Source: Octopus vulgaris (taxonomy: Eukaryota). From it: a DNA stretch of 64,000 bases. Shown here one piece after another: positions 1 through 10,918 of this stretch (its first letter is position 1; each line of letters starts with the position of its first letter). The notes under the pieces are model-generated. The model ran no database searches. It had not been told where the DNA came from and was given only the letters and a program-made list of their open reading frames with translations. The position numbers and the translations under genes were made by a program. The stretch spans positions 12,648,001-12,712,000 of the forward strand of contig OX597814.1 of assembly GCA_951406725.2 (NCBI GenBank), in the 5' to 3' direction.

Positions 1-854
1 TCTAGCCGAGGAATGAACAATGTGTCAGATACATTGCATTATAATATCAACAATGACAGAAAATTACTGTTGTGTGGACGGCCCAGACGATGAAGTAGAC
101 ATGCCCAATACGTAGATATAGAGGGAGAAGTCTAGACGTCGTGGTAGAGTAGCAGCGTAGTAGGAGAAGAGCAAAGTTGAGTAGAGTTCATCCGAACGTG
201 TGTCATAACAGTGGCAACGAGGATTTCGTAGCTCACACAGCCACTGTGTAGTATTGCGATATAACAATTACATAATCAAGTGTATCCTTATACCTTCGCA
301 CGTGTATAGAAATAGAGGTACATGCACACGCACATACATACATATACACACACTCACAAACACACACACATACACACGTGTGTGTGTGTAAGAAGAAAAA
401 TAACCAATGCGTGCAGACGTCCACTGATATACACATGTACATACACATATATATTTACACACCTATATAAGAAACACAAAAATCTACGAATACGCAAACA
501 AATATACATAAAAATACGCCAATCCAATTTTATTGCTTTACATACTTGAGTACACATGCATAAAAGAAATTCTACGACATATATGTAAAATGTAATCCTG
601 ACTACAAATATTTATTGACCTGACAAATGTTTTATTCTTCATTTTACTTGTAACGGCTTTTGTGTGGACAAGATTAAAATAATTTTGCAGACATTAACAC
701 ACTAAAATAAACAAATGATATATTTGGCAGGAGTTATAGTATTTTTGTTAAAATCATAAACATGTCAAAATACTGACGTTAAAGCACACATCTTACACAT
801 TCACCCACACATACACATATGTGTGTATATATGTTTTTTTTATTCTTTATTGTT

Positions 855-1050
855 TTATTTGTTTCAGCCATCTGGCTGCGGCCATGCTTGAGTACCAAAT
901 TAAACGGTTTTAGTCGAAGAAATCAACCCCAGGACTTATTCTTTTTAAGCTTATTACATATTCTATCGGTCTCTTTTACCAAACCACTAGGTCAGTGGGC
1001 ATAAACACACCAACATCAGTTGTAAAACGATGGTAGGAGACAAACACACA
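855..1050 (-). mobile_element. 3' half of the dominant tRNA-derived SINE family (family S1)
   Basis: Matches the 3' body of the complete copies at 37822-38229 and 38465-38878 (gcggccatgc...aggacttattc...taaacacacc). Confidence 0.8.
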
Positions 1051-1059
1051 CACAAAGAC

Positions 1060-1123
<64 letters not shown>

Positions 1124-1260
1124 CTGTGTTTTACAATCTAAGTAGCCAAGAAACAAACTATTACATCAGATAGGAACTAAAGAAAGTTTACCAATAGGCT
1201 CATGATCTGAAGGAACCAAACTAGGCATTTTATTCAAAAACTTTTATTTCCTCGCTCTTA

Positions 1261-1350
<90 letters not shown>

Positions 1351-1499
1351 GTTCTTTTGTTTAACTGTGTGTTGGATGTTGTCCTAAATATTAGTTCAAA
1401 ACTGAATTTTAACTCTACTGGTAAAGGGGAGAATTTGTTGCCGAGAAACTAGGTGATGTTACTATTCCACGCTTATTGGTTTGATTGATAAATACTTTA

Positions 1500-2885
1500 A
1501 TCTTGTTTTCACCAAGGGCCGTGAAGGTCTTCAATTTTGGCCCTACCAGTGTGGATTTCGGGCTGGAGATGCACAGTGGATATGATTTTTAACTCAAGGT
1601 AGCTCCAGGAAAAGGATCTGGGGCACAGCCGAGACCTTTTTGCTTTCGACACCGTATCTAGGGATGCTCTTTGGGCTGTCCTTAGAAAACTAGATGTTCC
1701 AGAAAAGATGCCCAATATCATAATTTCTTTCCATCAAGTAATGACGGCTTCTGTCAGATCTAGCGGGGAAGTGACCAATTCATTCACAGTTTTAAATGGG
1801 ATAAAACAAGGCTGTATTCTTGCACCACTCTTATTTACATTGTATTGCTCCGTCATGTTGGAAGCAGTGTTCGAAGGTGTGAAAGATACAGTAAAGTTTG
1901 AGTACAGAACTTGTTCGTTCAACCAACAGCGATTCAAAGCAAGAATATAATATTTTAGTGCAAATAGTTCGCTCTTCGCAGACGATTGTGTACTTGTAGC
2001 ACTCACTCTTGAGAACATGCACTGAATTCTAAACAACTTCTCGCGTGCACCGAAAACTTTTTGTCCGACCATCAACATCAAGGAAACTGAGCTTTTCCAT
2101 CAGGCCATTCGCGACATCCTCCCACTGTTGCCCCTACTGTATATGTTGATGAGAAAGCATAAACAACTGTTCCCTCCTTCACTTATCTTCGATCCATTGT
2201 GTCCAATGATGCGAAGACGTATAAAGAAATCGAGTCCAGAATGGGGAAGGCTAGCTCCGCTTTCGGTAAGCTTTAACACGAGCTATGGAACAGGAGAACG
2301 TTAATGAATTTAAGTCGGTAGTTTTGACAACATTTATTTATGGTGCTGAATCTTGGACTTTGTATCGATAGCACACCAAACAGCTTGACGCTTTTCATAT
2401 TCGATGCTTGCCTACTATCTCCAACATAAAACCGAGCAGCCATATTCGTAACAGTGAGGTATTTACAAAATGCAACATATCAGGTATTAAAGCCATCCTC
2501 ATCAAAATGTGGCTTAAATGGTCAGATCATCTCTCACGTATGAGTGATCTCACAATTCCGAAGCAACTTCTCTTTGGCCATTTCTCAACAGGGAAATAAG
2601 TTGGAAGGCCACTCATGTGCTTCAAAGACAAACTAAAAGACAATCTGAAATGATGCAACAATGCCTTTATTACCGTGGCTTCTCCTCAGTTCGAACTTTT
2701 GAGCAAAATCGACTCCAACATTGGGACAAACGTCGTGCAAGCATGAAGGCACGCTGCCAAAACGCTGCGCCTGTAAATGAAAACCTTATCTGTCATTGTG
2801 GTTTTGTGGCACGAAACAAAGCAGGCCTAGCCGTCCACTCATAAAATATTATCAATCCTTTATTTTATTGAACTCTCATTTTTCA
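1500..2885 (+). mobile_element. Degenerate 5'-truncated RTE-clade LINE (RT plus C-terminal C2H2 finger)
   Basis: Frameshifted motifs QCGFRAG..VDMIF..LQEK, AFDTVSRDALW, GIKQGCILAPLLF, LFADD and terminal CHCGFVARNKAGLAVH. Confidence 0.9.
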
Positions 2886-2913
2886 TTAACAAGTGATTCC
2901 ATATATATATATA

Positions 2914-2956
<43 letters not shown>

Positions 2957-2968
2957 CAAAATTCAAAT

Positions 2969-2999
<31 letters not shown>

Positions 3000-3071
3000 C
3001 AAAATTCAAATTATTTAAATTTAAAGTTAAAAATAAGAAAAAATTAAATTATTAATTTATACTTATAAATT

Positions 3072-3119
<48 letters not shown>

Positions 3120-3354
3120 ATTTTTATTTTTTATTTATTTTATATATTTATTTATTTTTTTTGTTAAATATATATAACTATCAAAAAGTATTAAAAAGTT
3201 TAATATAAGATAAAAAGTAAAACCACTACGATCGTTTCATGCCCATAACCTAATTCGAACAACAATAATTTAAATGCAATCAATAATTCGAATTATGTTT
3301 ATAGCCAATAAGTTTGGATCTACTCCCTAATATTATTATTATGTATATATATAT

Positions 3355-4554
3355 ATAAACAATTATAAATAAGAGCAAAACAAAAATTTCATTGCCAATA
3401 TACTGAAAAAATAGACTTTAGATCGTCTAACCACATAAAATACACAGCGTTTTGAAATGAGGAAGGCAAGCTAACAAAAAAATTTTGATTCCCTTATCTC
3501 CGAATCGGATCAATTTCTGAGGCAATCCAAAAGGATTTTTCCTTCATCAGCAAGGAACACGATAAGAATATATAGAATACTTACATATACCTACGGAGAA
3601 AGCTGATGCAAGGTTATCCGTACACGTAAGTACCCTAAATGTATCCAAACAGAAATTCTGTAGCGAGCCTCAACACACGTATAGTGGATCAGGGACCACG
3701 TAAAGTGGTTACCAGTCCCGATGTGAATGGTAATACATTTACTTCTAATATAAGGATAACATTTTTCAAAAACAATTTTAACAGTGGACAGAATATTAAA
3801 ATACCTTTTAAGGTGAAAATTATAAACAATTACAAAATAAGAGCAAAAGAAAGAAAGTTTCTTTGCTAGTATGCTGAAAAAAAATAGATATTAGATAGTC
3901 TAACCACATACAATATATTTCACTATAAATACACATCGTGTTGAAACGAGGAAAGCAAGCTAATAGAAACCTTTAAAATTCCGTTATCCCCGAATCGGAC
4001 TGATTTCTGGATTAATCCAGATGGATTTTTCCTTCATAAGCGAATAGCACGATTAGAAAAAATGGAATACTTATATATACCCACTTCGGGACTGGTAACC
4101 ACTTCATGTATGTTGCATGACCGACTATACACGTGTTGAGACATGCTACAGAATTTCTCTTTGGATATATTTGGGGTACTTAAGTGTAAGCGTGACTTTG
4201 CACCTGACTTTTCCGTGGGTATATGTAAGTATTTCATCTATTCTTATCGTGTTCCTCGTTGATGGAGGAAAAAGGAAAAATCCTTTTGGATTAATCCCTA
4301 TAATGGTCTCATTCGGGGATAATGGAATTTAAAAAAGTTCTGCTAGCTTCCTTTCTTCGTTTCAAAACGCTGTGCATTTATAGGGAATACATTTTATGTG
4401 GTTAGAAGATGTAAAATCTATCCTTTTCAGCATATTGGCAAAAAAAAAAATTTTCTGTTGCACTTATTTATAATTGTTTATAATTTTCACCTTAAAAGAT
4501 ATTTTAGTATGCTAGCTACTGATAATTAAAAAAAAAATTCTTATATTAGAAGTA
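3355..4554. mobile_element. HHR-bearing repeat family A: two tandem units (~480 nt period) followed by one inverted unit
   Basis: 3355-3725 and 3740-4080 are direct copies and 4082-4554 is the reverse complement (outer ends tacttctaatataag / cttatattagaagta). Each unit holds an intact or decayed type I hammerhead. Confidence 0.8.
3496..3557 (-). ncRNA. Type I hammerhead ribozyme motif (family A)
   Basis: Minus strand: uuccuug CUGAUGA agg-aaaaaucc-uuuu-ggauu-gccuca GAAA uug-auc-cga UU cggaga. Confidence 0.6.
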
Positions 4555-4560
4555 TATATG

Positions 4561-4609
<49 letters not shown>

Positions 4610-4613
<4 letters not shown>

Positions 4614-4795
4614 AAAGTTTACGAATAAAACAAAAGACGAAGATAGGTGGTGTACAAAACAAACAGATATATTAGTATAACGGTCAGGAATAGAAAAAGT
4701 CTTCTACGTTTCGAGCCTACGCTCTTTTACAGAAAGGTACACAGAAAAAACAAGGAGAGAAAAAAATGTGTGTAGTGGCTAACGATCTATCATTC
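4610..4795 (-). mobile_element. Short Penelope-type terminal repeat with a minimal HHR-like motif (4701-4736)
   Basis: Minus strand: uuu CUGUAAAA GAGC-guag-GCUC GAAA CG UA gaaga. The CUGAnGA box is non-canonical. Confidence 0.45.
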
Positions 4796-5339
4796 CGTAT
4801 TAGATCGTCTAACCACATACAATATATTTCACTATAAATACACAGCGTGTATATACATATGTTGTATATATATGCTATATATATATATGTATATATATGT
4901 CATATATATATGTATATATATGTCATATATATATGTATATATATGTCATATATATGTATGTATATATATGTCATATATATATATAGACACACACGTACAT
5001 ATATATATTTGTTATCTTTATTGTGACTGAAATTTTATGTGCATTATTTGCAATAGTTTCTGTGGTCTCGTATTCAAAATTCTCTTCTGCAATTCATGGC
5101 ATTTTATCCAATTTTAGTGTATATTCTCTTTCATTTTCTTAGGACATCTCCATATATGAAATATAATAAAATATTCACTTCAGTTTTCCTTTGCCGTCTC
5201 TCCTTTGCTCATATCTCACATCGTCTTCCACGTTATCTTAATTATTCTACCTCTCTAGAATTTTCCAATTATATATTGCCCTTTTGATGAAATATAACAT
5301 TCTTGTTTGTTTTTTTTTTTCTTCTTCCAGCTAGAAACG

Positions 5340-5412
5340 ATGTTGAAACAACTAACTGTGCTGGCTGTTCTCTTTATTACTTGTTTAGCAGCAAAACGTA
5401 AATTTGCTGGCG
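5340..5412 (+). CDS. i-type (invertebrate) lysozyme, first coding exon (signal peptide MLKQLTVLAVLFITCLAAKRKFAG+G)
   Basis: Strong acceptor (T-tract, cttcttccag|5331), ATG at 5340, hydrophobic signal-like peptide, donor G|gtaagc at 5413 (phase 1). Joins in frame to the 25945 exon to give FAGGPIPQDCLECMCQ, which resembles the mature N-terminus of bivalve i-type lysozymes (FAGGxxxxxCLxCxC). Confidence 0.8.
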
Positions 5413-5542
5413 GTAAGCAAATACACTGAAATTTTATTTTTATATATATTAATGCATTTACTGGTGGCTTACCTCCATTCAAGCCTTTTTACATTTATAT
5501 TTGGTTGCAGTGATACTGTAGTATTTACTAAGACCAGGGTAT

Positions 5543-5745
5543 ACTCTTTACTCTTTACTCTTTTACTTGTTTCAGTTATTTGACTGCGGCCATGCTGGAG
5601 CACCTCCTTTAGTCGAGCAAATCGACCCCGGGACTTATTCTTTGTAAGCCCAGTACTTATTCTATCGGTCTCTTTTTGCCGAACCGCTAAGTGACGGGGA
5701 CGTAAACACACCAGCATCGGTTGTCAAGCAATGCTAGGGGGACAA

Positions 5746-5778
<33 letters not shown>

Positions 5779-5927
5779 CATATATACGACAGGCTTCTTT
5801 CAGTTTCCGTCTACCAAATCCACTCACAAGGCATTGGTCGGCCCGGGGCTACAGCAGAAGACACTTGCCCAAGATGCCACGCAGTGGGACTGAACCCGGA
5901 ACCACGTGGTAGGTTAGCAAGCTACTT
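5543..5927 (-). mobile_element. SINE S1 body, interrupted in its tRNA-like head by the Tx1 LINE
   Basis: Near-identical to 38465-38878. It stops at aggttagcaagctactt, and the missing 5' head resumes at 10878-10918. Confidence 0.92.
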
Positions 5928-6155
5928 TATTTCATATAATTTGCCATTTAGGCATTTACAAAGAGGGGACAAACAAGGACAGACAAATATAAAGGGTGAA
6001 GTAGCTTAACACAGTTACAATTTTCGAATGAAATTACGGATAAGATTATAAACAATGAATTTTACGAAGGCAATGTTTAAAAATATTAATGATCATGTCG
6101 AAGGACGGACACCCAGCCATCCGGGTAGAACCTTTACTTTCTGATCCGGTCACAC

Positions 6156-9100
6156 TTACCTGGTGCCAAACATACCCATCTTGTATGCCACAGGCTTCCA
6201 TCTTTTCACAAACATATCTCGTGACAGACACCTCTTCTCCAGCCTGATTTTGCTACTGAGGTGGTAACTAAAAAAGTTAATCAACCCCTGGCCGGAGACA
6301 AAGGTGCCTGTCACTATACCTTTCGTACGCGTCTTCCATACTGTTTCTTTCAGTATGGCTACTACACAGAAAAAACAAGCCTTTCTTTCCCTGTTAAGGA
6401 AAGGGGGCGGCACAATCTCGATGATAGACTCAGCTGATAGCTGTACTCTTCCCATCACTGACAACAGTTGTTCTACAAAAGCTATCAGTCCCGATAACTC
6501 CGGACACTCCACGAATGCGTGCAAGACGGTCTCTCTATCCTGCTCACATCGCGGGCATGTCGGCGAGACGGCACTACCGTGCCTTGACAGCTTGTCGCGA
6601 ACAGGTAAAGCCGCACGGAAACACTGCCAGGCTAGGGATTTCTGGTAATTATCCAGATACCCCGGCCCGAACGTCCTCCGGAACAGGTTGATCAACTGAT
6701 TTTCATCGTAGCCCAGGGTCTCCCCCAAGGCGTCTTCGGACTTAATCTCCACTAACCCGCTATAGAAATCCGTGGTGGAACTCCTGTTGCCGGCGTTGCC
6801 CACCCGAGATAGTAGCTGGAGCGCCTGACGGCACTCCAAATGCCATTCACTCAGTTTAGGTCTCCGCTTGATCCATGCACCGATGTCCGTTAGGGATGTT
6901 AACTGGGGAAGGTAGAACCGGACGTGCGGCGACCACACCTGCTCTCCATCCAGGTAAAGCCAGAGGTGCCTCAACCTTAACGCGAGTTTTCGCATCCTCA
7001 GCCAAGGCATCCCTAGCCCACCCTTTAGCGGTTTCTGGCAGCAGACAGAGCGCTTTACAAGTGGCTTTCCTCCTTTCCACAAAAATCGGAAAAGGATTCT
7101 CTCCAACTTGTTCAGCCACAAATCGGGGCAAGGCACCACGGTCAGACGGTAGGTGATTACTGATGCTATAAACATCTGCACCACCTCCGCCTTCCCTAGC
7201 AGGGATAACGCCCGCCCAGACCAGGTCTGGGTTAGAGCGGTCACCTTGTTGGCCACCTCACTCCAATTTTTCTCAATCTGGAGGTCTGGCCCGAACCAGA
7301 CTCCGAGCAGCTTAACAGGACCTTCCGTCCAACGCCCTACGACGTTATTGGACAGCATCGGCTTGCCCCTCCAGGTGCCGAGTTGCAAACCGACCGACTT
7401 GTCCTTGTTAACCTTTGCTCCTGCCACCGCCTCGTAGCTTTTTATGGCCTCTTCCACCACTGGAAGCTGGCCTTCGTCTGCCACGATGATGGAGGTGTCA
7501 TCCGCATACGCCGTAGCTCCTCTTCCACACCATAGATCATCCGGCGCGCCCCCTAGTGCCTCCAACTTCCGCAGCAAAGGCTCAAGAGCCAATACGTATA
7601 GGAGCGAGGACAGGGGACACCCTTGACGAACTGAACGCTCGATCCTGAACGGCTTCGAAAAGGAACCGTTCACCTTGACTACAGACTCGATGTCGCTATA
7701 CAAAGCAGCGATCCAACCTCGAAAGGTCGGGCCTAGGCCAGCCTCTCCGAGGACCGCCGCCAGGTACCGATGGTCGACCCTATCAAATGCTTTGGACTGG
7801 TCTAAATGTACCAGTGCTCCCCCTGCGCCAGAAAGCTTCCCCACTCTCTCTAAGGAGTAGCGTATAAGGTGGAGATTGTCGTGGATCGTTCTGCCGGGGA
7901 TAGCGCACGTTTGCGCTTCCCCGACAAGTTTGTCCACGACCCGCGCCAACCTTTTTGCTAGCACCTTGGCCAGAATCTTTAACTCTGTGTTTAACAGAGT
8001 TATGGGCCTGAAGTTCCCTATCTCGTCCCCCTTGTTCGGGTCCTTCCTGATCAAGGTCACCGCCCCCCGGCTCGCAGACTTGGGAATTCTCCCATTCTGC
8101 TGCCAGTTGGCGTAGACGCTAGCCAGCAGGTGCCCGAACAAGTTTGGCATACTTCTATAAAATTCATAGGGCAGACCATCGAGACCCGGCGACTTCTCCC
8201 CGGGGCACTTGCCCAACACCTCGATTACTTCCTCGGCTGTGATTGGCCCTTCACAGCACTCAGCCTCTCGTGTCGAGAGGCGCGGGCCACCAGACAGGAA
8301 GTCCCTAAGGGCCTCACCATGATCCAGCGTCCCGCACCTCCCGAACAACTCGGCGAAGTGCTTGTGGAGTGCCTCACACATCTCGTCCCGCTTCTTGATC
8401 GTGCATCCGTTTTCATCAACAAGAGACCCAATTGTGGCATCGTTTCCACGCTGTGTTTCTATCGTACGGGCCCATCCGGCAACATTAATTCCCTCACGGC
8501 CCAATGCTCGTACTTTAGCCCGGACTCTACATCCCTCATGTTTGGTTTTGAGGTGACGGTCTAATGCCGTTCTCGCCGCTAAAATGTGAGATGCAGAGCC
8601 CAACCTCAACGCCTCCTCTAAGTTCTTAACTAGTTGCCCTTCTATTCTAGCCCTATCTAGTCTTAGTTGTTTACTAAATCTAATGGACTCGAATCGAATG
8701 GCTCTTTTGAGGGTGAACCACCACCGGTTATTAACCACGGCTCCGGTTAACGCCCTCTGCACTAACACCTTAATCCGGCTACGGTATGCCTCGCGTGTCA
8801 AAATAGACTTTTTCAGCTTCCAGTAGCCGGTTCCTATCTTAAGTGTGCTATCTATGTCCAGTCTACACGTGACCATTCTATGGTCAGTATAGGGCACCTG
8901 GACGAGCTGTGGACAACTAAAACTAGACTTATCTCTAGTTCTTATCACTATCCTGTCTAGATAAGACTTGAACCTTCCGTCGCCACTCATCCAGGTCCAC
9001 TCTGGGACGTTCGGATGGTCAAGTCTGTAACGATCTGCTAGCTGAAACCGCTTAAGCAGATCCACGAGACGTGAGTTCACTTTCCTATAGATCGAGCCAA

Positions 9101-9557
9101 CGCTATCGATGTGTACGTCAACGATAGCATTAAAGTCCCCTAATATCACTAAAGTCTTCGACGTCACGAGAAAGCCCTCTAGGCGCCGATAAAAATCAGT
9201 TTGGAAACCTCTAGCACAAGGTGCATAGAGTCCGATCAACCTGAAGGCCTTACTGCTGTATGTCACATCAAGGACGACCAGCCCACCTTCTGGGTCTACA
9301 TAGACTGTACTTGTCTGTAGAGCCAAGTCTTTACGGATCAGTACCACTACGCCCCCTCGCCCTCCGGTCTGGCCAGGAGACATGATTTTCTCGCAGCCAT
9401 TCAGGAGAGGCGAGAAGGTTTGTAGGCTGTCCAGCTTGGTCTCTGTAGCACCCATCACATGTATATCATGTGATCTGAGGTCGTCGAGGAAACAAGCCTG
9501 CTTCCACTTCGAACTCAGACCACGCACATTTAAACAACCAAGGTTAAGCGAAGCCAT
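6156..9557 (-). CDS. Tx1/L1 ORF2: APE endonuclease + reverse transcriptase + C-terminal CCHC finger (1133 aa)
   Basis: APE motifs LNVRGL, ETKL, LYAP, GDFN, LDRI, TDH. RT motifs KSPGLDG, FRPITLLN, DQSKAFDRV, VRQGCPLS, YADD. Finger CPRC..ETVLHAFVEC. Confidence 0.97.
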   Translation of the reverse strand: MASLNLGCLNVRGLSSKWKQACFLDDLRSHDIHVMGATETKLDSLQTFSPLLNGCEKIMSPGQTGGRGGVVVLIRKDLALQTSTVYVDPEGGLVVLDVTYSSKAFRLIGLYAPCARGFQTDFYRRLEGFLVTSKTLVILGDFNAIVDVHIDSVGSIYRKVNSRLVDLLKRFQLADRYRLDHPNVPEWTWMSGDGRFKSYLDRIVIRTRDKSSFSCPQLVQVPYTDHRMVTCRLDIDSTLKIGTGYWKLKKSILTREAYRSRIKVLVQRALTGAVVNNRWWFTLKRAIRFESIRFSKQLRLDRARIEGQLVKNLEEALRLGSASHILAARTALDRHLKTKHEGCRVRAKVRALGREGINVAGWARTIETQRGNDATIGSLVDENGCTIKKRDEMCEALHKHFAELFGRCGTLDHGEALRDFLSGGPRLSTREAECCEGPITAEEVIEVLGKCPGEKSPGLDGLPYEFYRSMPNLFGHLLASVYANWQQNGRIPKSASRGAVTLIRKDPNKGDEIGNFRPITLLNTELKILAKVLAKRLARVVDKLVGEAQTCAIPGRTIHDNLHLIRYSLERVGKLSGAGGALVHLDQSKAFDRVDHRYLAAVLGEAGLGPTFRGWIAALYSDIESVVKVNGSFSKPFRIERSVRQGCPLSSLLYVLALEPLLRKLEALGGAPDDLWCGRGATAYADDTSIIVADEGQLPVVEEAIKSYEAVAGAKVNKDKSVGLQLGTWRGKPMLSNNVVGRWTEGPVKLLGVWFGPDLQIEKNWSEVANKVTALTQTWSGRALSLLGKAEVVQMFIASVITYRLTVVPCPDLWLNKLERILFRFLWKGGKPLVKRSVCCQKPLKGGLGMPWLRMRKLALRLRHLWLYLDGEQVWSPHVRFYLPQLTSLTDIGAWIKRRPKLSEWHLECRQALQLLSRVGNAGNRSSTTDFYSGLVEIKSEDALGETLGYDENQLINLFRRTFGPGYLDNYQKSLAWQCFRAALPVRDKLSRHGSAVSPTCPRCEQDRETVLHAFVECPELSGLIAFVEQLLSVMGRVQLSAESIIEIVPPPFLNRERKACFFCVVAILKETVWKTRTKGIVTGTFVSGQGLINFFSYHLSSKIRLEKRCLSRDMFVKRWKPVAYKMGMFGTR

Positions 9558-9573
9558 TACAAAAGTAAAGGTT

Positions 9574-10513
9574 CTACTTACATTTCGTTGGAGAGGTGGG
9601 GGCCGACCTCACCACACGTTTGTGGGCCCCTTCTTTCTCCTCTTTCTTCAGATAGTCCGGCAAGTTCACGATATGCCGGATGGCGTTTGGGTGTCTGTCT
9701 TTTAATTGTTTGAACGTTGTTTCCGCAATCCACGCGTGTCTATTTCGATCTTTGTATTTGTTGTACAGTCTTGCTGACTGATGCTGAACCACAATATCGT
9801 TTATGTATTTGTCTTGTGTGTCGAATTCAATTAATATGAGTTCATTTTCTTTTTTGTCTTCTTTTTCTGGGCCAGTTGAGCGGGATTTTTTTTTCCGTGT
9901 CTGTGGTGTGTCTTTGTTTTTATTATTTTTTGTAGGGGATGTGGACGGGGATGCTGCACGAATTCTTTTACGAACTGGTGTAATTCCCCCTCTGATACCT
10001 CCATGGTATCGTCTGTGGTATCAATAGTTTGTTCGGTAGGCGCCGCAGTTTTTAGGGGGTGGGAGGTTTTAATAGTGTAGGGGTTTGTGAGTGCGAGGGC
10101 TGGGTTTTTTCTTCAGTCTGTTTTGGGGTTGGCACCGTAACAGCAGGAGTGGGATTTTTTGTTTTTGTAGGGGTAGGTGTGTTTGCAAGGGTAGGGACTT
10201 TTTTATTATCTTTCCTGAGAGGGTGCTCGTGGGCGAGAACGTAGCCCTCAGGGTACAGGTCGAAGGCCGAAAACCCACCTGTTACGCCTGCAGCAAAAAG
10301 GGCCACATTCGTGTAGACTGTCCAGACAAGCAAAAGAAACCGCAGACACTCTTGCATTCTTTTAAATAGCTCGACGAGCTGGTTGACATCGATGTCAATC
10401 TTCTCGGTAGCCACTGCGGCTACCTCAGAAAATTTTTTAACATTGCTCTCCTCAAGAGCACTACTTTCGTGAATAATTTCAACAGACATTATTCTGTTGA
10501 AATTAGACAACAC
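9574..10513 (-). pseudogene. Tx1 ORF1 (gag-like), frameshifted, internally deleted, with an inverted zinc-knuckle segment
   Basis: Minus-strand pieces 10052-10513 and 9574-~10000 (P/T/K-rich) end just before ORF2. The CX2CX4HX4C knuckle (CYACSKKGHIRVDC) reads on the + strand at ~10213-10341. Confidence 0.8.
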
Positions 10514-10877
10514 AAAAATTACGAATATTGGTTTCCCACAAAACTGGGAAACCTATAGAAAGTTTTTCTTCCAAAGTAGTTCAAAAAAGCAGTTCAAAAA
10601 TTCCAATTCCCACCCCCATTCGGGGGAGGGGCACGAAAATAGTCTGGCAGGACTATATATAGTCACGTAAATAAAAAGCCACAGTGGCTAACAGTTCAAC
10701 GGTAAGAAATTATTCAATTATTTCCCGGTAAAACCGGAGAACAAGACAGTTCAGCAACGTTTAAAGGCAAATTTTCAGTAGTAGGAATTCAACAATTAAC
10801 AACACAGCAAAACTCTTACCGGGAAGAAAACGCGTCCAAACCGTAGTACGGTAGGCAAAGTCACTCTTCTGTCAGTG

Positions 10878-10918
10878 AGGTTAGCAAAGCTTCTTACCAC
10901 ACAGCCACTCCTGCGCCT
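10878..10918 (-). mobile_element. 5' head of the SINE S1 split by the LINE
   Basis: ttaccacacagccactcctgcgcct is the reverse complement of the S1 start aggcgcaggagtggctgtgtggtaa. Confidence 0.9.

Larger units (their letters stand above)
5928..10877 (-). mobile_element. Full-length L1/Tx1-clade non-LTR retrotransposon
   Basis: 5'UTR, ORF1 remnant, intact ORF2 and short 3'UTR. Flanked by an imperfect ~17-bp TSD (5911-5927 aggttagcaagctactt; 10878-10895 aggttagcaaagcttctt). Confidence 0.93.

Noticed and set aside
1-265. Possible solo LTR (TG start on the - strand at 265)
   Set aside because: No second LTR, PBS, PPT or TSD visible, and the window edge truncates it.
5995-6010. LINE 3'UTR segment (sense GTTAAGCTACTTCACC) complementary to its own target GGTAAGTAGCTT, hinting at RNA-guided targeting
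   Set aside because: Only 9 contiguous matches in a single insertion. The homologous segment of the partner SINE does not match that SINE's target.
6304-9705. Plus-strand and alternative-frame ORFs overlapping Tx1 ORF2
   Set aside because: Antisense or out-of-frame shadows of a GC-richer coding sequence with no recognisable motifs.
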